DNA of 37,840 bases from a virus. Made by a program: the position numbers and the translations under genes. The DNA lies in UHGV virus genome UHGV-0090851, one strand, 5' to 3'. Below, one piece after another: positions 27,707 through 36,679 of this stretch. The number at the start of each line of letters is the position of its first letter. The first letter of the stretch is position 1. The notes under the pieces were generated by a model. That model made no database searches, was not told the origin of the DNA, and was given only the letters and a program-made list of their open reading frames with translations.

Positions 27707-28356
27707 GCCGCCATCTCCCTGACCAGTTTTTCCGCCTGCTGGCGAACCTGCGCCAGAAACGCCTCACCACATGCCTCAAGTTCATCGCGCCCGATGTAGC
27801 TGATTGCCGGTCCCTTCCAGGTCTTGTCAAAAACAGCAATAGCACCAGCGAAAAAAGCTCCTGTCGGTACCTGCTTCTCGTCTTTCGGGATAAACCAGAC
27901 AGGCAGTTCAAAACCAATACGCCCGCGAATAAAAGCAATATGATCTGCATCTTCCGGCCACCACACTTCGCTGGTGGCAGCTTTGATCAGGAAAACATAG
28001 CGCCCGCCCTTATCACGCATGGCACTGGCATGTTTCATGATGTAACGCATGCCGGTGATGTATTGCCCCTCATGCTGACTGGCGCGGCTGTATGGAGGAT
28101 TACCAAAGGCAGCACCTTTAAGCTCCGCAAGGCGTTCTGACCAGTCATGCGCCAGCGCGTTGTCTTCCGCCGTGTAATACGCGGCACATTTGGCGTTATC
28201 ACCGTCAGTGAACAGATCCAGAACAAACGGGCCAAACAGGGTGTTAATTCCCCAGAAAATGTTGTCCGGCGTGCGCCACTGATCACCCACTTCCTTCAGT
28301 TCATGGGCTGGTTTGTTCCGCAGTTCCACCAGCTCCTGGCAATATTTATTACTCAT
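27703..28356 (-). CDS. Phage Dam-like DNA N6-adenine methyltransferase
   Basis: Start taken at ATG 28354-28356 (TAATG overlap with the upstream stop); conserved WRTP near the N-terminus and FGNPPYS catalytic motif. Confidence 0.8.
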   Translation of the reverse strand: MSNKYCQELVELRNKPAHELKEVGDQWRTPDNIFWGINTLFGPFVLDLFTDGDNAKCAAYYTAEDNALAHDWSERLAELKGAAFGNPPYSRASQHEGQYITGMRYIMKHASAMRDKGGRYVFLIKAATSEVWWPEDADHIAFIRGRIGFELPVWFIPKDEKQVPTGAFFAGAIAVFDKTWKGPAISYIGRDELEACGEAFLAQVRQQAEKLVREMAA

Positions 28357-28844
28357 TAAGCCCCCACGTAATTCCCTGACAGATACCACTCATCACCCGA
28401 TACAGCGCGCTTGCTGCTTTTCCGTAAACACTGCTCACGACGCACCAGAAAATTGTTTCGTTCTGGCTGGGAGTGGCTTTCACGGAATGCCGCCATCCAC
28501 ACCGTTGCAGCACGACGGTATAGGCCCCTGGACTCCAGTTCTTCCGCCTGGCGGGTCAGGCACAAAATCACCCGGGGATCGTTAGTGCCGACATAGAAAT
28601 TGCGCACAGGTCTGGTTTCACGAACTGGTTGTGGTTCCGGCTCCTGCGCTCTCTCAGTCAGGCGTGGGAAATGTCTGCGTGTATCTCCTTCACAACGGTG
28701 AGCCACACGCCCACTCTGACGTAACTTGCTTGCTGACTGCAGAACGCGCTGCCGTGAGTAACCTGCAAAAGCATCCGCAATGTCTCCGGAAGTACACCCC
28801 GGATGGGCTTCAATGAATTTCTGAACTTCATTCAAAAGACTCAT
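28356..28844 (-). CDS. Hypothetical protein, possible winged-helix N-terminus, in the helicase-loader position
   Basis: About 162 aa from ATG 28842-28844; follows the replication initiator where lambda P or DnaC-like genes usually sit, with no resemblance to them. Confidence 0.4.
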   Translation of the reverse strand: MSLLNEVQKFIEAHPGCTSGDIADAFAGYSRQRVLQSASKLRQSGRVAHRCEGDTRRHFPRLTERAQEPEPQPVRETRPVRNFYVGTNDPRVILCLTRQAEELESRGLYRRAATVWMAAFRESHSQPERNNFLVRREQCLRKSSKRAVSGDEWYLSGNYVGA

Positions 28845-28846
28845 GA

Positions 28847-29839
28847 TCACCCCCTGAATCCTGCCGGGATCTGGCTGTAGTCCACGTTGTCGTAACTGGC
28901 TTTGAAGTACGGGTCTTCACGTTTTTCTGTGTGCGTGCTGACGGACGGCGATAAGCGCAGGGAAAGCTCATCCCATTTTTCCCGCAACTTCGACGGGCTG
29001 AGCACGTTACGGCACCAGAACGGATCGCGGCTGACGCGGCTGTACATCTCGCAGATTTGTTTGTGAGTACGACCATCCTGCACACACATCAGGCGAATTT
29101 CGTTTGCCCAGGCTGTCCAGTTCGGTTCTTTGGGACGAACCACCTCGCCGTCACATTCGGCGGCCTGCTCGTACAGGGCGATGATTTTTTTCCAGAGCCA
29201 CTGTGCGCAGGTCAAATCATCCTGCGTTCCCCACTGGCGCTTTTTAGGGCTGAATACAACCGCATCAGGATGGCGAGTTAAAAACTCCTGTTCAGCCGTT
29301 TGCGTGTCCGGTTGCGAAGCGTCCGGACGAGAAGAGGTTTTATTCTCTGTAGTAATCTCTGTTGTATTCTCTGTAAGATCATTGGGCCATTTTGACCCGA
29401 TGACAGCGTGTCGTTTTGAACCAATGGATCGTGTCATTTTGCGCCCATCCATCAGGTCACTTTGACCCGATGGAGAAGTGCATTTTGACCTGATCGATTC
29501 GTTCACTTTGACCTCTTCTAAAAGCTCACTTTCATAGTTGATCGTGTAGAAGTTGGTCATGTCACGCTTCGATTTATTGAGTTGCTCGCGACGCAAAACC
29601 CCAAGTGATTTCAGGCTTGCAAATGTGCGTTTCAGAGTGGACTCTGACCAGAACGGAAACTGCTCCAGCCACTGTTCTGTCGTGTTATAAACCCAGCGAA
29701 TTCCGCCATGCTCAGTGCCTGAATTCGTTTCATTCAGCCAGTAATGAAGCTGCTGCAACACAATTGCCTCATTCAGACCAATACGGCATGCAAGATCACG
29801 ATTTATCACAATGGGCTGGGATGTCATTAACAGGCTCAT
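28847..29839 (-). CDS. Replication initiation protein (lambda O-like replisome organiser) carrying the origin
   Basis: 330 aa; iteron array and AT-rich tract lie inside the coding sequence as in lambda O; ATG verified at 29837-29839. Confidence 0.7.
   Translation of the reverse strand: MSLLMTSQPIVINRDLACRIGLNEAIVLQQLHYWLNETNSGTEHGGIRWVYNTTEQWLEQFPFWSESTLKRTFASLKSLGVLRREQLNKSKRDMTNFYTINYESELLEEVKVNESIRSKCTSPSGQSDLMDGRKMTRSIGSKRHAVIGSKWPNDLTENTTEITTENKTSSRPDASQPDTQTAEQEFLTRHPDAVVFSPKKRQWGTQDDLTCAQWLWKKIIALYEQAAECDGEVVRPKEPNWTAWANEIRLMCVQDGRTHKQICEMYSRVSRDPFWCRNVLSPSKLREKWDELSLRLSPSVSTHTEKREDPYFKASYDNVDYSQIPAGFRG
29388..29516. repeat. Origin of replication: six 23-bp-spaced iterons
   Basis: CATTTTGACCCGATGA, CGTTTTGAACCAATGG, CATTTTGCGCCCATCC, CACTTTGACCCGATGG, CATTTTGACCTGATCG, CACTTTGACCTCTTCT, with an AT-rich tract containing short TTCTCTGT repeats at 29337-29385. 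Confidence 0.65.
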
Positions 29840-30008
29840 GACCGACCTCTATTTCCCTGAATTTACGACGAAACTGTTCGAGCGGACTGAAGCATTCATG
29901 TTCATAGCCTTCACGGAGGTAGATAACCCGTTGTGTTTCCGGCTCCCAACGAATGACTCTGACGGGCACTCCGTAGTGATCTTTGAACCAGCGGTTAACT
30001 TGTCGCAA
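29796..30008 (-). CDS. Alternative-frame ORF (TTG start), possible downstream part of a frameshifted gene
   Basis: 70 aa, no ATG; TTG at 30006-30008 preceded by SD GGAGA; protein-like composition. Confidence 0.25.
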   Translation of the reverse strand: MRQVNRWFKDHYGVPVRVIRWEPETQRVIYLREGYEHECFSPLEQFRRKFREIEVGHEPVNDIPAHCDKS

Positions 30009-30187
30009 AGGACTGTCTCCTTCTGCCGGTTGAAATCACCCACAGCCCACTCTGCAAAGCTGTGGGTTACAATTTCCCTGTCACCTGGTACATTCACTGC
30101 ATAGCAATACTCCACCTTCGCTTTTCCACCCGGTACAGGAAGCGCAATCAGTTGCGAGCGACGGTAGTGTGTTGTTAAACTGTTCAT
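29849..30187 (-). CDS. Hypothetical protein (ATGA-coupled to the upstream gene); C-terminal part doubtful
   Basis: 112 aa ORF with ATG at 30185-30187; the last ~50 aa are Ser-rich and low complexity while the overlapping alternative frame looks more protein-like. Confidence 0.35.
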   Translation of the reverse strand: MNSLTTHYRRSQLIALPVPGGKAKVEYCYAVNVPGDREIVTHSFAEWAVGDFNRQKETVLCDKLTAGSKITTECPSESFVGSRKHNGLSTSVKAMNMNASVRSNSFVVNSGK

Positions 30188-30735
30188 GCGTTAGTTTCTC
30201 CACAGACACAAAACGCCACGGCGCCCGGAGCTGCACACTCGCGGGCGTCACTCTTTTCTGGAGCGCAAAAGATTTTGTAGACCAGTGCTGCATGCTCCTG
30301 CAGCTTCGAAATTGACATGTACAGCTCGTCGTTAATTGCTGCCTGCTCGTGTGGTTCCACCACCCCGTCTTCAATTGCTGAACGAATCTGTCTGGAATAA
30401 CTGCCGATCTGTTCAATGACCTCCAGCAGGCGCTGGTTGATATCGGCGTTCTCTACTTCCTCAATTTCAGGAAGTGATACAAACACCCCACCAGCAGACT
30501 GTGCGACAGCATCCGCAATGTGGTGATTGCCAGCAGCACGCTGTAAAACCATTGCCCATCCCAACGGGAAAATCTGATCGCCATCTGCACGAAGGCGGTT
30601 GAATAAAGCGTTCTCTGTTACATCCAGCCAGTCAGCAGCTTCAGCGTAACCCCCTGGCAATGCCGCGATAGTTTTTCTGACAGCTTTCACGTACCACTCA
30701 GGTTGTTTTTCCACTTTCCAATGATGCTTACCCAC
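30184..30735 (-). CDS. YdaT-like protein (CII-position early regulator)
   Basis: 183 aa immediately downstream of the Cro-like gene; GTG start with strong SD AGGAGG; family assignment from memory of Rac-type immunity regions. Confidence 0.5.
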   Translation of the reverse strand: MGKHHWKVEKQPEWYVKAVRKTIAALPGGYAEAADWLDVTENALFNRLRADGDQIFPLGWAMVLQRAAGNHHIADAVAQSAGGVFVSLPEIEEVENADINQRLLEVIEQIGSYSRQIRSAIEDGVVEPHEQAAINDELYMSISKLQEHAALVYKIFCAPEKSDARECAAPGAVAFCVCGETNA

Positions 30736-30988
30736 GGCTTACCTCCTGTTCCTGTGGTTTAAACCCATTCTGGTTTTGGCTAGATTGAAAACGTGCCGGA
30801 TAAAGAATCTGCATTTCGCTGATTTCACCCTTAAAAAAATTGGCCAGACGTTCTGCAAGATCGATAGATGGAATTTGTTCCAGTCTTTCAATACGACTCA
30901 GCGTCGCTGGATTGACCTGAACGCCCGCAGCAACATGCTGCAAAGTAAATCCGTGCGCCTTACGCACATTCCGTAATGGTGATTGCAT
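30728..30988 (-). CDS. Cro-like HTH regulator (YdaS-like)
   Basis: 86 aa; HTH (FTLQHVAAGVQVNPATLSRIERLEQIPS); divergent from the cI-type repressor; ATG with SD GGAGG. Confidence 0.7.
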   Translation of the reverse strand: MQSPLRNVRKAHGFTLQHVAAGVQVNPATLSRIERLEQIPSIDLAERLANFFKGEISEMQILYPARFQSSQNQNGFKPQEQEVSRG

Positions 30989-31085
30989 ATAACCTCCACA
31001 TATTGCGTGATGAGCATATTATTTCACGCAAATATTTTGCGCAAGTTGATTTGCTTAACGCGCAATAAAGAAATGTAATAAACGC
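30989..31085. promoter_or_regulatory. Immunity switch region: divergent pR / pRM candidates and operators
   Basis: Palindrome TTGCGTGA-N13-TCACGCAA (31003-31031), TTGCGCAA (31037-31044), TTGC-N7-GCAA (31051-31065). Minus-strand promoter TTGCGC-17-TAATAT for cro; plus-strand TTGCTT-17-TGTAAT ending about 6 nt before the cI ATG. Confidence 0.5.
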
Positions 31086-31778
31086 ATGAACATAGGAAAT
31101 CGAGTCAGACAACTTCGCCAGGCGAAGAACATGAAAATCGCCGATCTCGCTGAAGCAATAGGAGTGGATGCGGCGAATATCTCGCGCCTCGAAACAGGTA
31201 AGCAGAAACAATTCACTGAACAAGCCCTGAGTAATATTGCCAGGAGCTTAGGTGTTGATATTGCTGATCTCTTTACCTCAGACCTCAAAAGTAATACTGT
31301 ATGTAAAAACAGTATTAGTGAGGATGTTGCGCAGGTGAAGGATGTATTCCGTATTGAAATGCTGGATGTCAGTGCCAGTGCGGGAAATGGCCTTATCCAG
31401 GGCGGTGATGTCATTGATGTGATTCATGCCATTGAATACAGAACTGATAATGCTGTATCGATGTTTGGTGGACGACCAGCAAATCACATTAAAGTTATCA
31501 ACGTTCGTGGGGACAGTATGTGTCCAACCATTGAGCCAGGAGATCTCATCTTCGTTGATATCAGTATCAATCAGTTTGATGGGGATGGTATATATGTATT
31601 TGGTTTTGATGATAAAATTTACGTCAAACGACTGCAAATGATACCTGATAAACTGCTGGTAATTTCTGATAATCAGATTTACCGCGAATGGGGAATTACC
31701 AGCGAAAACGAACACCGGTTTATGGTCTTTGGAAAGGTCTTAATCAGTCAGTCACAAACCCTTAAGCGACACAATTAA
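31086..31778 (+). CDS. CI-type phage repressor (HTH plus S24 LexA-like peptidase domain)
   Basis: 230 aa; N-terminal HTH (VRQLRQAKNMKIADLAEAIGVDAANISRLETG) and C-terminal autocleavage domain (VRGDSMCPTIEPGDLIFVD...VKRL). Confidence 0.9.
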   Translation: MNIGNRVRQLRQAKNMKIADLAEAIGVDAANISRLETGKQKQFTEQALSNIARSLGVDIADLFTSDLKSNTVCKNSISEDVAQVKDVFRIEMLDVSASAGNGLIQGGDVIDVIHAIEYRTDNAVSMFGGRPANHIKVINVRGDSMCPTIEPGDLIFVDISINQFDGDGIYVFGFDDKIYVKRLQMIPDKLLVISDNQIYREWGITSENEHRFMVFGKVLISQSQTLKRHN

Positions 31779-31800
31779 CCCCCTACCTCAACATCAATTA

Positions 31801-31824
31801 GCCACCAGAAGGTGGCTTTTCATT
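31801..31824 (+). terminator. Intrinsic terminator downstream of the repressor gene
   Basis: GCCACC-AGAA-GGTGGC followed by TTTTCATT. Confidence 0.6.
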
Positions 31825-31834
31825 ACTCACGCTA

Positions 31835-31872
31835 TTGCATATCTCGCAATAAAATACTTGCACGTTACGCAA
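31835..31872. promoter_or_regulatory. oL-like operator pair
   Basis: TTGCATATCTCGCAA (31835-31849) and TTGCACGTTACGCAA (31858-31872), same TTGC-N7-GCAA architecture as the site at 31051-31065. Confidence 0.45.
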
Positions 31873-32343
31873 TTTCATTTTATCTTTCTTTCCAGACCAA
31901 CAAACAAGGTCCTGACAAAATTTGGTTGTAACACGGCGTATGGCACATGCGTCGTTAGCGGTCTGGGGACGTTAAAGGGGACAATCCACTCCTTGCTCGG
32001 GCAAACAAACCAGGTAGCCGGAATGTGCAAGTCAATGATGATGCTGATAAGACGCCTAACCAGCGCGGCGATCCGGTTTGACGCCTGGGAAGAGACCAGG
32101 GTGCAACGATGAGGGCATTTATGGAACCGCGACAAAGTGTGGTGCCGTAACTGGCTAAGTGCTCTCAGCGTTGTGGTAATCCGCGAAATGGCGCGGCGGT
32201 AAGTATGGCGGGGTTACTCTTTCCCCGTTGAGGACACCGGATTGTCAGGTTGACCATACGCCTGAGTGACAACCCCACCACAACAGCCACTGCTTTGGCG
32301 GTGCCAGTTTGTACACTTGCTTCCGGCTGGTACCGCTCTTTTT

Positions 32344-32432
32344 ACAAAACAGAGAAGAGCATCACCGGACGACGGGCTCATAACCCAATCCATCCGGGCG
32401 GCTGCCACCGCAGGTGTTCTTCTCTGTTTTGT
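32344..32432 (+). repeat. Perfect 15-bp inverted repeat with 59-nt spacer in the early-left leader
   Basis: ACAAAACAGAGAAGA (32344-32358) and TCTTCTCTGTTTTGT (32418-32432); sits about 50 nt upstream of the first early-left gene. Confidence 0.4.
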
Positions 32433-32480
32433 GGAGAAACCAACCGACCTTGCAGGGTCGATATGATGAGGAACAGCAAA

Positions 32481-32843
32481 ATGGCTAGCGAACGCAGTAC
32501 TGATGTGCAGGCATTTATCGGGGAGCTGGACGGCGGCGTATTTGAAACCAAAATCGGCGCAGTTCTCAGTGAAGTCGCTTCCGGTGTGATGAACACGAAA
32601 ACCAAAGGGAAGGTCTCACTCAACCTGGAAATCGAACCATTTGATGAGAACCGTGTGAAAATCAAACACAAACTCTCATATATTCGCCCGACTAACCGCG
32701 GGAAAATTTCCGAAGAAGACACCACCGAAACGCCGATGTATGTCAATCGCGGTGGTCGCCTGACTATTCTGCAGGAAGACCAGGGACAATTACTGACTCT
32801 TGCCGGTGAACCTGACGGAAAACTCCGCGCAGCAGGTCATTAA
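32481..32843 (+). CDS. Hypothetical early-left protein
   Basis: About 121 aa from ATG 32481; the longer table ORF from 32250 starts at TTG and its N-terminal region does not look protein-like. Confidence 0.45.
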   Translation: MASERSTDVQAFIGELDGGVFETKIGAVLSEVASGVMNTKTKGKVSLNLEIEPFDENRVKIKHKLSYIRPTNRGKISEEDTTETPMYVNRGGRLTILQEDQGQLLTLAGEPDGKLRAAGH

Positions 32844-32908
32844 TATCGTTTTTAATAAACTGATTATTTATCTCATCACTGAATATTTTTATATAGTGAG
32901 GACTTATT

Positions 32909-33733
32909 ATGTCTCAGAACTTAGACGCAACCGCAATTAATCAAATCCATGCCCTTATTTCTGCTCAGGGTGTTAATGAAATTATCAGTAAGATTGGTGC
33001 CGATGCTGTGGCATTGCCTGAGAATTTCCGCATTCATGATCTGGAAAAATTTAATTTAAATCGCTTCCGTTTCCGTGGTGCGCTTTCCACTGCCAGCATC
33101 GATGACTTTACCCGTTATTCTAAAGATCTTGCAGATGAAGGCACCAGCTGCTTTATCGATGCTGATAATATGCGTGCCGTCAGTGTACTTAACCTGGGTA
33201 CTATTGATGAACCAGGTCACGCAGATAACACCGCCACTCTCAAACTGAAAAAGACAGCACCGTTCTCTGCCCTGTTGTCTGTTAACGGCGAGCGTAACTC
33301 CCAGAAGTCACTGGCAGAATGGATTGAAGACTGGGCCGACTACCTTGTGGGCTTTGATGCCAATGGTGACGCTATTCAGGCAACAAAAGCGGCTGCGGCA
33401 GTCCGTAAAATCACGATTGAAGCAAACCAGACCGCTGATTTTGAAGATAATGACTTCAGCGGCAAACGCTCCCTGATGGAGTCTGTCGAAGCGAAGACAA
33501 AAGACATTATGCCAGTGGCATTTGAATTTAAATGCGTTCCGTTTGAAGGTCTGAAAGAACGTCCGTTTAAATTACGCCTCAGCATTATCACTGGCGATCG
33601 TCCTGTACTGGTTCTGCGCATTATTCAGCTGGAAGCGATGCAGGAAGAAATGGCTAACGAATTTCGTGATCTGCTTGTTGAGAAATTCAAGGACAGCAAA
33701 GTAGAAACCTTTATTGGTACTTTCACCGCCTGA
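32909..33733 (+). CDS. YfdQ-like protein (DUF2303)
   Basis: 274 aa, ATG with SD; resembles the CPS-53/KpLE1 prophage YfdQ family as recalled. Confidence 0.6.
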   Translation: MSQNLDATAINQIHALISAQGVNEIISKIGADAVALPENFRIHDLEKFNLNRFRFRGALSTASIDDFTRYSKDLADEGTSCFIDADNMRAVSVLNLGTIDEPGHADNTATLKLKKTAPFSALLSVNGERNSQKSLAEWIEDWADYLVGFDANGDAIQATKAAAAVRKITIEANQTADFEDNDFSGKRSLMESVEAKTKDIMPVAFEFKCVPFEGLKERPFKLRLSIITGDRPVLVLRIIQLEAMQEEMANEFRDLLVEKFKDSKVETFIGTFTA

Positions 33734-33861
33734 TTTCATTACTGCAAATGCCCCTGCGGGGGCATTTATGGAAACGTAATTAACTCAATAATCACCGGAT
33801 GGTGAGAGCTTCCTTTTAGCAGAATTCAGCGCGGTGCAGCGCATATAAAGTGGAGAACAAA

Positions 33862-34398
33862 ATGTCATTTATTAAAACTTTTTCCGGGAAGCATTTTTAT
33901 TATGACAGGATAAATAAAGACAACATCGATATTAACGATATCGCGGTTTCCCTTTCAAATATCTGTCGCTTTGCCGGTCATCTTTCACACTTCTACAGCG
34001 TCGCCCAACATGCGGTGCTTTGCAGCCGGCTGGTGCCGCAGGAATTTGCTTTTGAAGCGTTAATGCATGATGCAACAGAAGCGTATTGCCAGGACATCCC
34101 CGCGCCACTGAAACGCCTTCTTCCTGACTATAAACGGATGGAAGAAAAAATAGACGCCGTAATCCGTGAGAAATACGGGTTACCCCCGGTTATGAGTACG
34201 CCCGTGAAATATGCCGATCTCATCATGCTGGCAACCGAACGCCGTGATCTCGGGCTTGATGATGGCTCTTTCTGGCCTGTACTGGAAGGCATCCCGGCAA
34301 CAGAGATGTTCAACGTGATTCCACTGGCACCGGGCCATGCCTACGGGATGTTTATGGAACGCTTCAACGAGTTATCGGAATTACGCAAATGCGCATAA
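33862..34398 (+). CDS. yfdR: HD-domain 5'-deoxynucleotidase, YfdR-like
   Basis: Start at ATG 33862 (SD GGAG); H...HD metal-binding motif (AGHLSHFYSVAQHAVLCS...ALMHDATEAY); strong resemblance to E. coli YfdR as recalled. Confidence 0.7.
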   Translation: MSFIKTFSGKHFYYDRINKDNIDINDIAVSLSNICRFAGHLSHFYSVAQHAVLCSRLVPQEFAFEALMHDATEAYCQDIPAPLKRLLPDYKRMEEKIDAVIREKYGLPPVMSTPVKYADLIMLATERRDLGLDDGSFWPVLEGIPATEMFNVIPLAPGHAYGMFMERFNELSELRKCA

Positions 34399-35267
34399 CT
34401 CATGTAGTTAGTTTTTCTGGCGGGAGAACATCTGCATATCTTGTTCACCTGATGGAAGAACAAAGAAAGGCTGGCAATAACGTCTGCTACATCTTTATGG
34501 ATACCGGTTGCGAACATCCGCTGACATACCGCTTTATTCGGGAGGTTGTGAAGTTCTGGGGCATATCGCTAACTGTGTTGCAGGTCGATATAAATCCAGA
34601 GCTTGGGCAGCCAAATGGTTATACGGAATGGGAACCAAAGGATATTCAGACACGAATGCCGGTGCTTAAACCGTTTATGGACATGGTAAAAAAATATGGC
34701 ACGCCATACATCGGCGGCGCGTTCTGCACTGACAGATTAAAACTCACCCCCTTCACAAAATACTGCGATGACCATTTCGGACGAGGGAATTACATCACAT
34801 GGCTGGGTATTCGTGCAGACGAACCTCGTAGGCTGAAACCGAAATCGGGCGTCCGGTATCTTGCCGAGCTATCTGATTTTGATAAGTCGGATGTTATCCG
34901 GTGGTGGCATAAACAACCTTTTGATTTGCAAACCCCGGAGCACCTCGGGAACTGTGTTTTCTGCATCAAAAAGTCCACGCAAAAGCTGGGGCTTGCATGT
35001 AAAGACGAACCTGGTCTGATGCGAGTTTTTAATGAGCTGGTTACAGGTAAACACGTCCGGGATGGTCACCGAAAGACAAATAAAGACGTTATGTACCGTG
35101 GTCATCTGAGCCTTGACGGGATTGCCAGAATGTATGCCGACAGCGACTACAGAAATTTGTATCAGGCGATGGTGCAAGCCAGGCGATTCGATACCGGCTC
35201 GTGTTCAGAGTCATGTGAAATCTGGGGTGATCAATTGGAGTTGAAATTCGAAGAGGTGGTGGCATGA
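34389..35267 (+). CDS. PAPS-reductase-like PP-loop protein
   Basis: 292 aa; N-terminal PP-loop SFSGGRTSAY; C-terminal Cys clusters; overlaps neighbours (translational coupling). Confidence 0.65.
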   Translation: MRITHVVSFSGGRTSAYLVHLMEEQRKAGNNVCYIFMDTGCEHPLTYRFIREVVKFWGISLTVLQVDINPELGQPNGYTEWEPKDIQTRMPVLKPFMDMVKKYGTPYIGGAFCTDRLKLTPFTKYCDDHFGRGNYITWLGIRADEPRRLKPKSGVRYLAELSDFDKSDVIRWWHKQPFDLQTPEHLGNCVFCIKKSTQKLGLACKDEPGLMRVFNELVTGKHVRDGHRKTNKDVMYRGHLSLDGIARMYADSDYRNLYQAMVQARRFDTGSCSESCEIWGDQLELKFEEVVA

Positions 35268-35740
35268 CAACCAAAATTAACTATCAGGCACTGCGTGAGG
35301 CGGCAGAAGCAATAAAAATAGTAGCCACACCACAAAAATTGCTGGCATTTCGTATGAAAGTCACACCGCAGGTTGTGCTGGCGCTGCTGGATGAGCTGGA
35401 AGCAGCAGAGAAGCGAAACGCTGAATTACAAAGCGAGAATGCATACATCCGCAACCGGTACAAAGAACTGGACCTATTAATCGGGAAAAACATTCTGGTC
35501 ATGCAGGCTGCCATTATCGAATGGCAGGCAACTGGCGACGCTAAGAGCGGACTGGCATGGATTTATAACACACTGTTTGGCCCTGGCGAATTACCGGACG
35601 AATCTGAGAAAGATGCTCAGGCCTACTTTAATCGCAAATATGCACCGATTGACGAAAAGCTTATGGCGCTTCACAAGTGGTTTTGGGAACAAAGTGAAGC
35701 CGAGCGCGCCGCCGCCAACATTGGTGTGAAGGGGAAGTGA
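35264..35740 (+). CDS. Ead/Ea22-like protein
   Basis: 158 aa; coiled-coil central region; ATGA overlap with the upstream stop; family assignment from memory. Confidence 0.5.
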   Translation: MTTKINYQALREAAEAIKIVATPQKLLAFRMKVTPQVVLALLDELEAAEKRNAELQSENAYIRNRYKELDLLIGKNILVMQAAIIEWQATGDAKSGLAWIYNTLFGPGELPDESEKDAQAYFNRKYAPIDEKLMALHKWFWEQSEAERAAANIGVKGK

Positions 35741-35741
35741 G

Positions 35742-35933
35742 ATGAACGGACAAATCTCAATTGTTCGACCGGGAGCATGTGACGATTGCGAGATACGAAT
35801 GATTATTCGTCTGGCGAGGGGGAAAACAATAACTGCTCTCATTACTCCTGAAAATCTCGCATTAGCATTAACAGGAAAGTCAGACCTGCCAGTAGAGCTA
35901 AAGCTGCGAAATATTGAGATTAAAGTGAAATAG
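35742..35933 (+). CDS. Small hypothetical protein
   Basis: 63 aa, ATG with SD; tightly packed in the operon. Confidence 0.4.
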   Translation: MNGQISIVRPGACDDCEIRMIIRLARGKTITALITPENLALALTGKSDLPVELKLRNIEIKVK

Positions 35934-35935
35934 TT

Positions 35936-36679
35936 ATGAATACTCTTACCAAAGAATGGTTACAGAACACGATTACCAGCATTGAGTCAGCACGGGATGA
36001 AATACCGTTCGGACTCGATGAAGATCAAAACAACATGCTTACCGCATTAAAAATTGCACTGGCATCACTGGCATCACTGGCAGCAGTATCGGATGAACGA
36101 GCAGCCTATGAATTATTTATGGAGAAGCGTTTCGGGGAATCTGTAGATCGCCGTAGGGCAAAAAATGGCGATAGAGAATACATGGCATGGGATATGGCGC
36201 TTGGCTGGATTATCTGGTGTCACCGCGCCGCCATGCTTCAGGGTAGCCAACCTGTAAGCCAAACTTACAACTTGCCAGAATTAATCGAAGGCATGGAAGT
36301 TTCCATTGATGTAAGCACTTGTGATGCTGATTTAGGTAATCGCTATTTCGGCACCGTCACCGAGGCGTTAGAACTTGATACAGCCAAGAATGGTTACATC
36401 CTCCTGGTTCAGGACGCAGAGCCAAACTTCGATGTAAATGGCAACTCTCCGGTAACTCCGGATAGTTGGATAAGCTGTAGTGATCAAATGCCTGAAAAGG
36501 GCCAGAACGTGCTTATTTCGGTGAATTTCGATAGCTCTCTGGTTGAACCGCTAATATGCTCCGCACGCTATACCGGAAGCACCTTTCGGCGCGGAGATGC
36601 AACGATTAAGCCGGGTAATGGTATTGAGCAAGCAACTCACTGGATGCCGCTACCGGAACCGCCGCAGGAGGTGAAGTGA
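35936..36679 (+). CDS. DUF551-containing protein with Ea22-like N-terminus
   Basis: 247 aa; C-terminal segment (WISCSDQMPEKGQNVLI...THWMPLPEPP) resembles DUF551. Confidence 0.55.
   Translation: MNTLTKEWLQNTITSIESARDEIPFGLDEDQNNMLTALKIALASLASLAAVSDERAAYELFMEKRFGESVDRRRAKNGDREYMAWDMALGWIIWCHRAAMLQGSQPVSQTYNLPELIEGMEVSIDVSTCDADLGNRYFGTVTEALELDTAKNGYILLVQDAEPNFDVNGNSPVTPDSWISCSDQMPEKGQNVLISVNFDSSLVEPLICSARYTGSTFRRGDATIKPGNGIEQATHWMPLPEPPQEVK

Noticed and set aside
22743-28400. Restriction-modification system built around either methyltransferase
   Set aside because: No endonuclease-like ORF adjacent to either gene; neighbours are holin, small ORF, LexA-like protein and replication genes.
29388-29516. 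CRISPR-like array
   Set aside because: The repeats are 23-bp-period imperfect iterons inside a coding gene with no unique spacers; this is origin architecture, not CRISPR.
31858-32135. 84-aa plus-strand ORF 31858..32112 and 86-aa minus-strand ORF 31875..32135 in the early-left leader
   Set aside because: Both begin at TTG codons (one created by the operator sequence itself), lack an SD and are not protein-like; treated as non-coding.
32250-32480. N-terminal extension of the 197-aa ORF 32250..32843
   Set aside because: It starts at TTG, its first ~75 residues are low complexity and cross the inverted repeat; ATG 32481 is the more plausible start.
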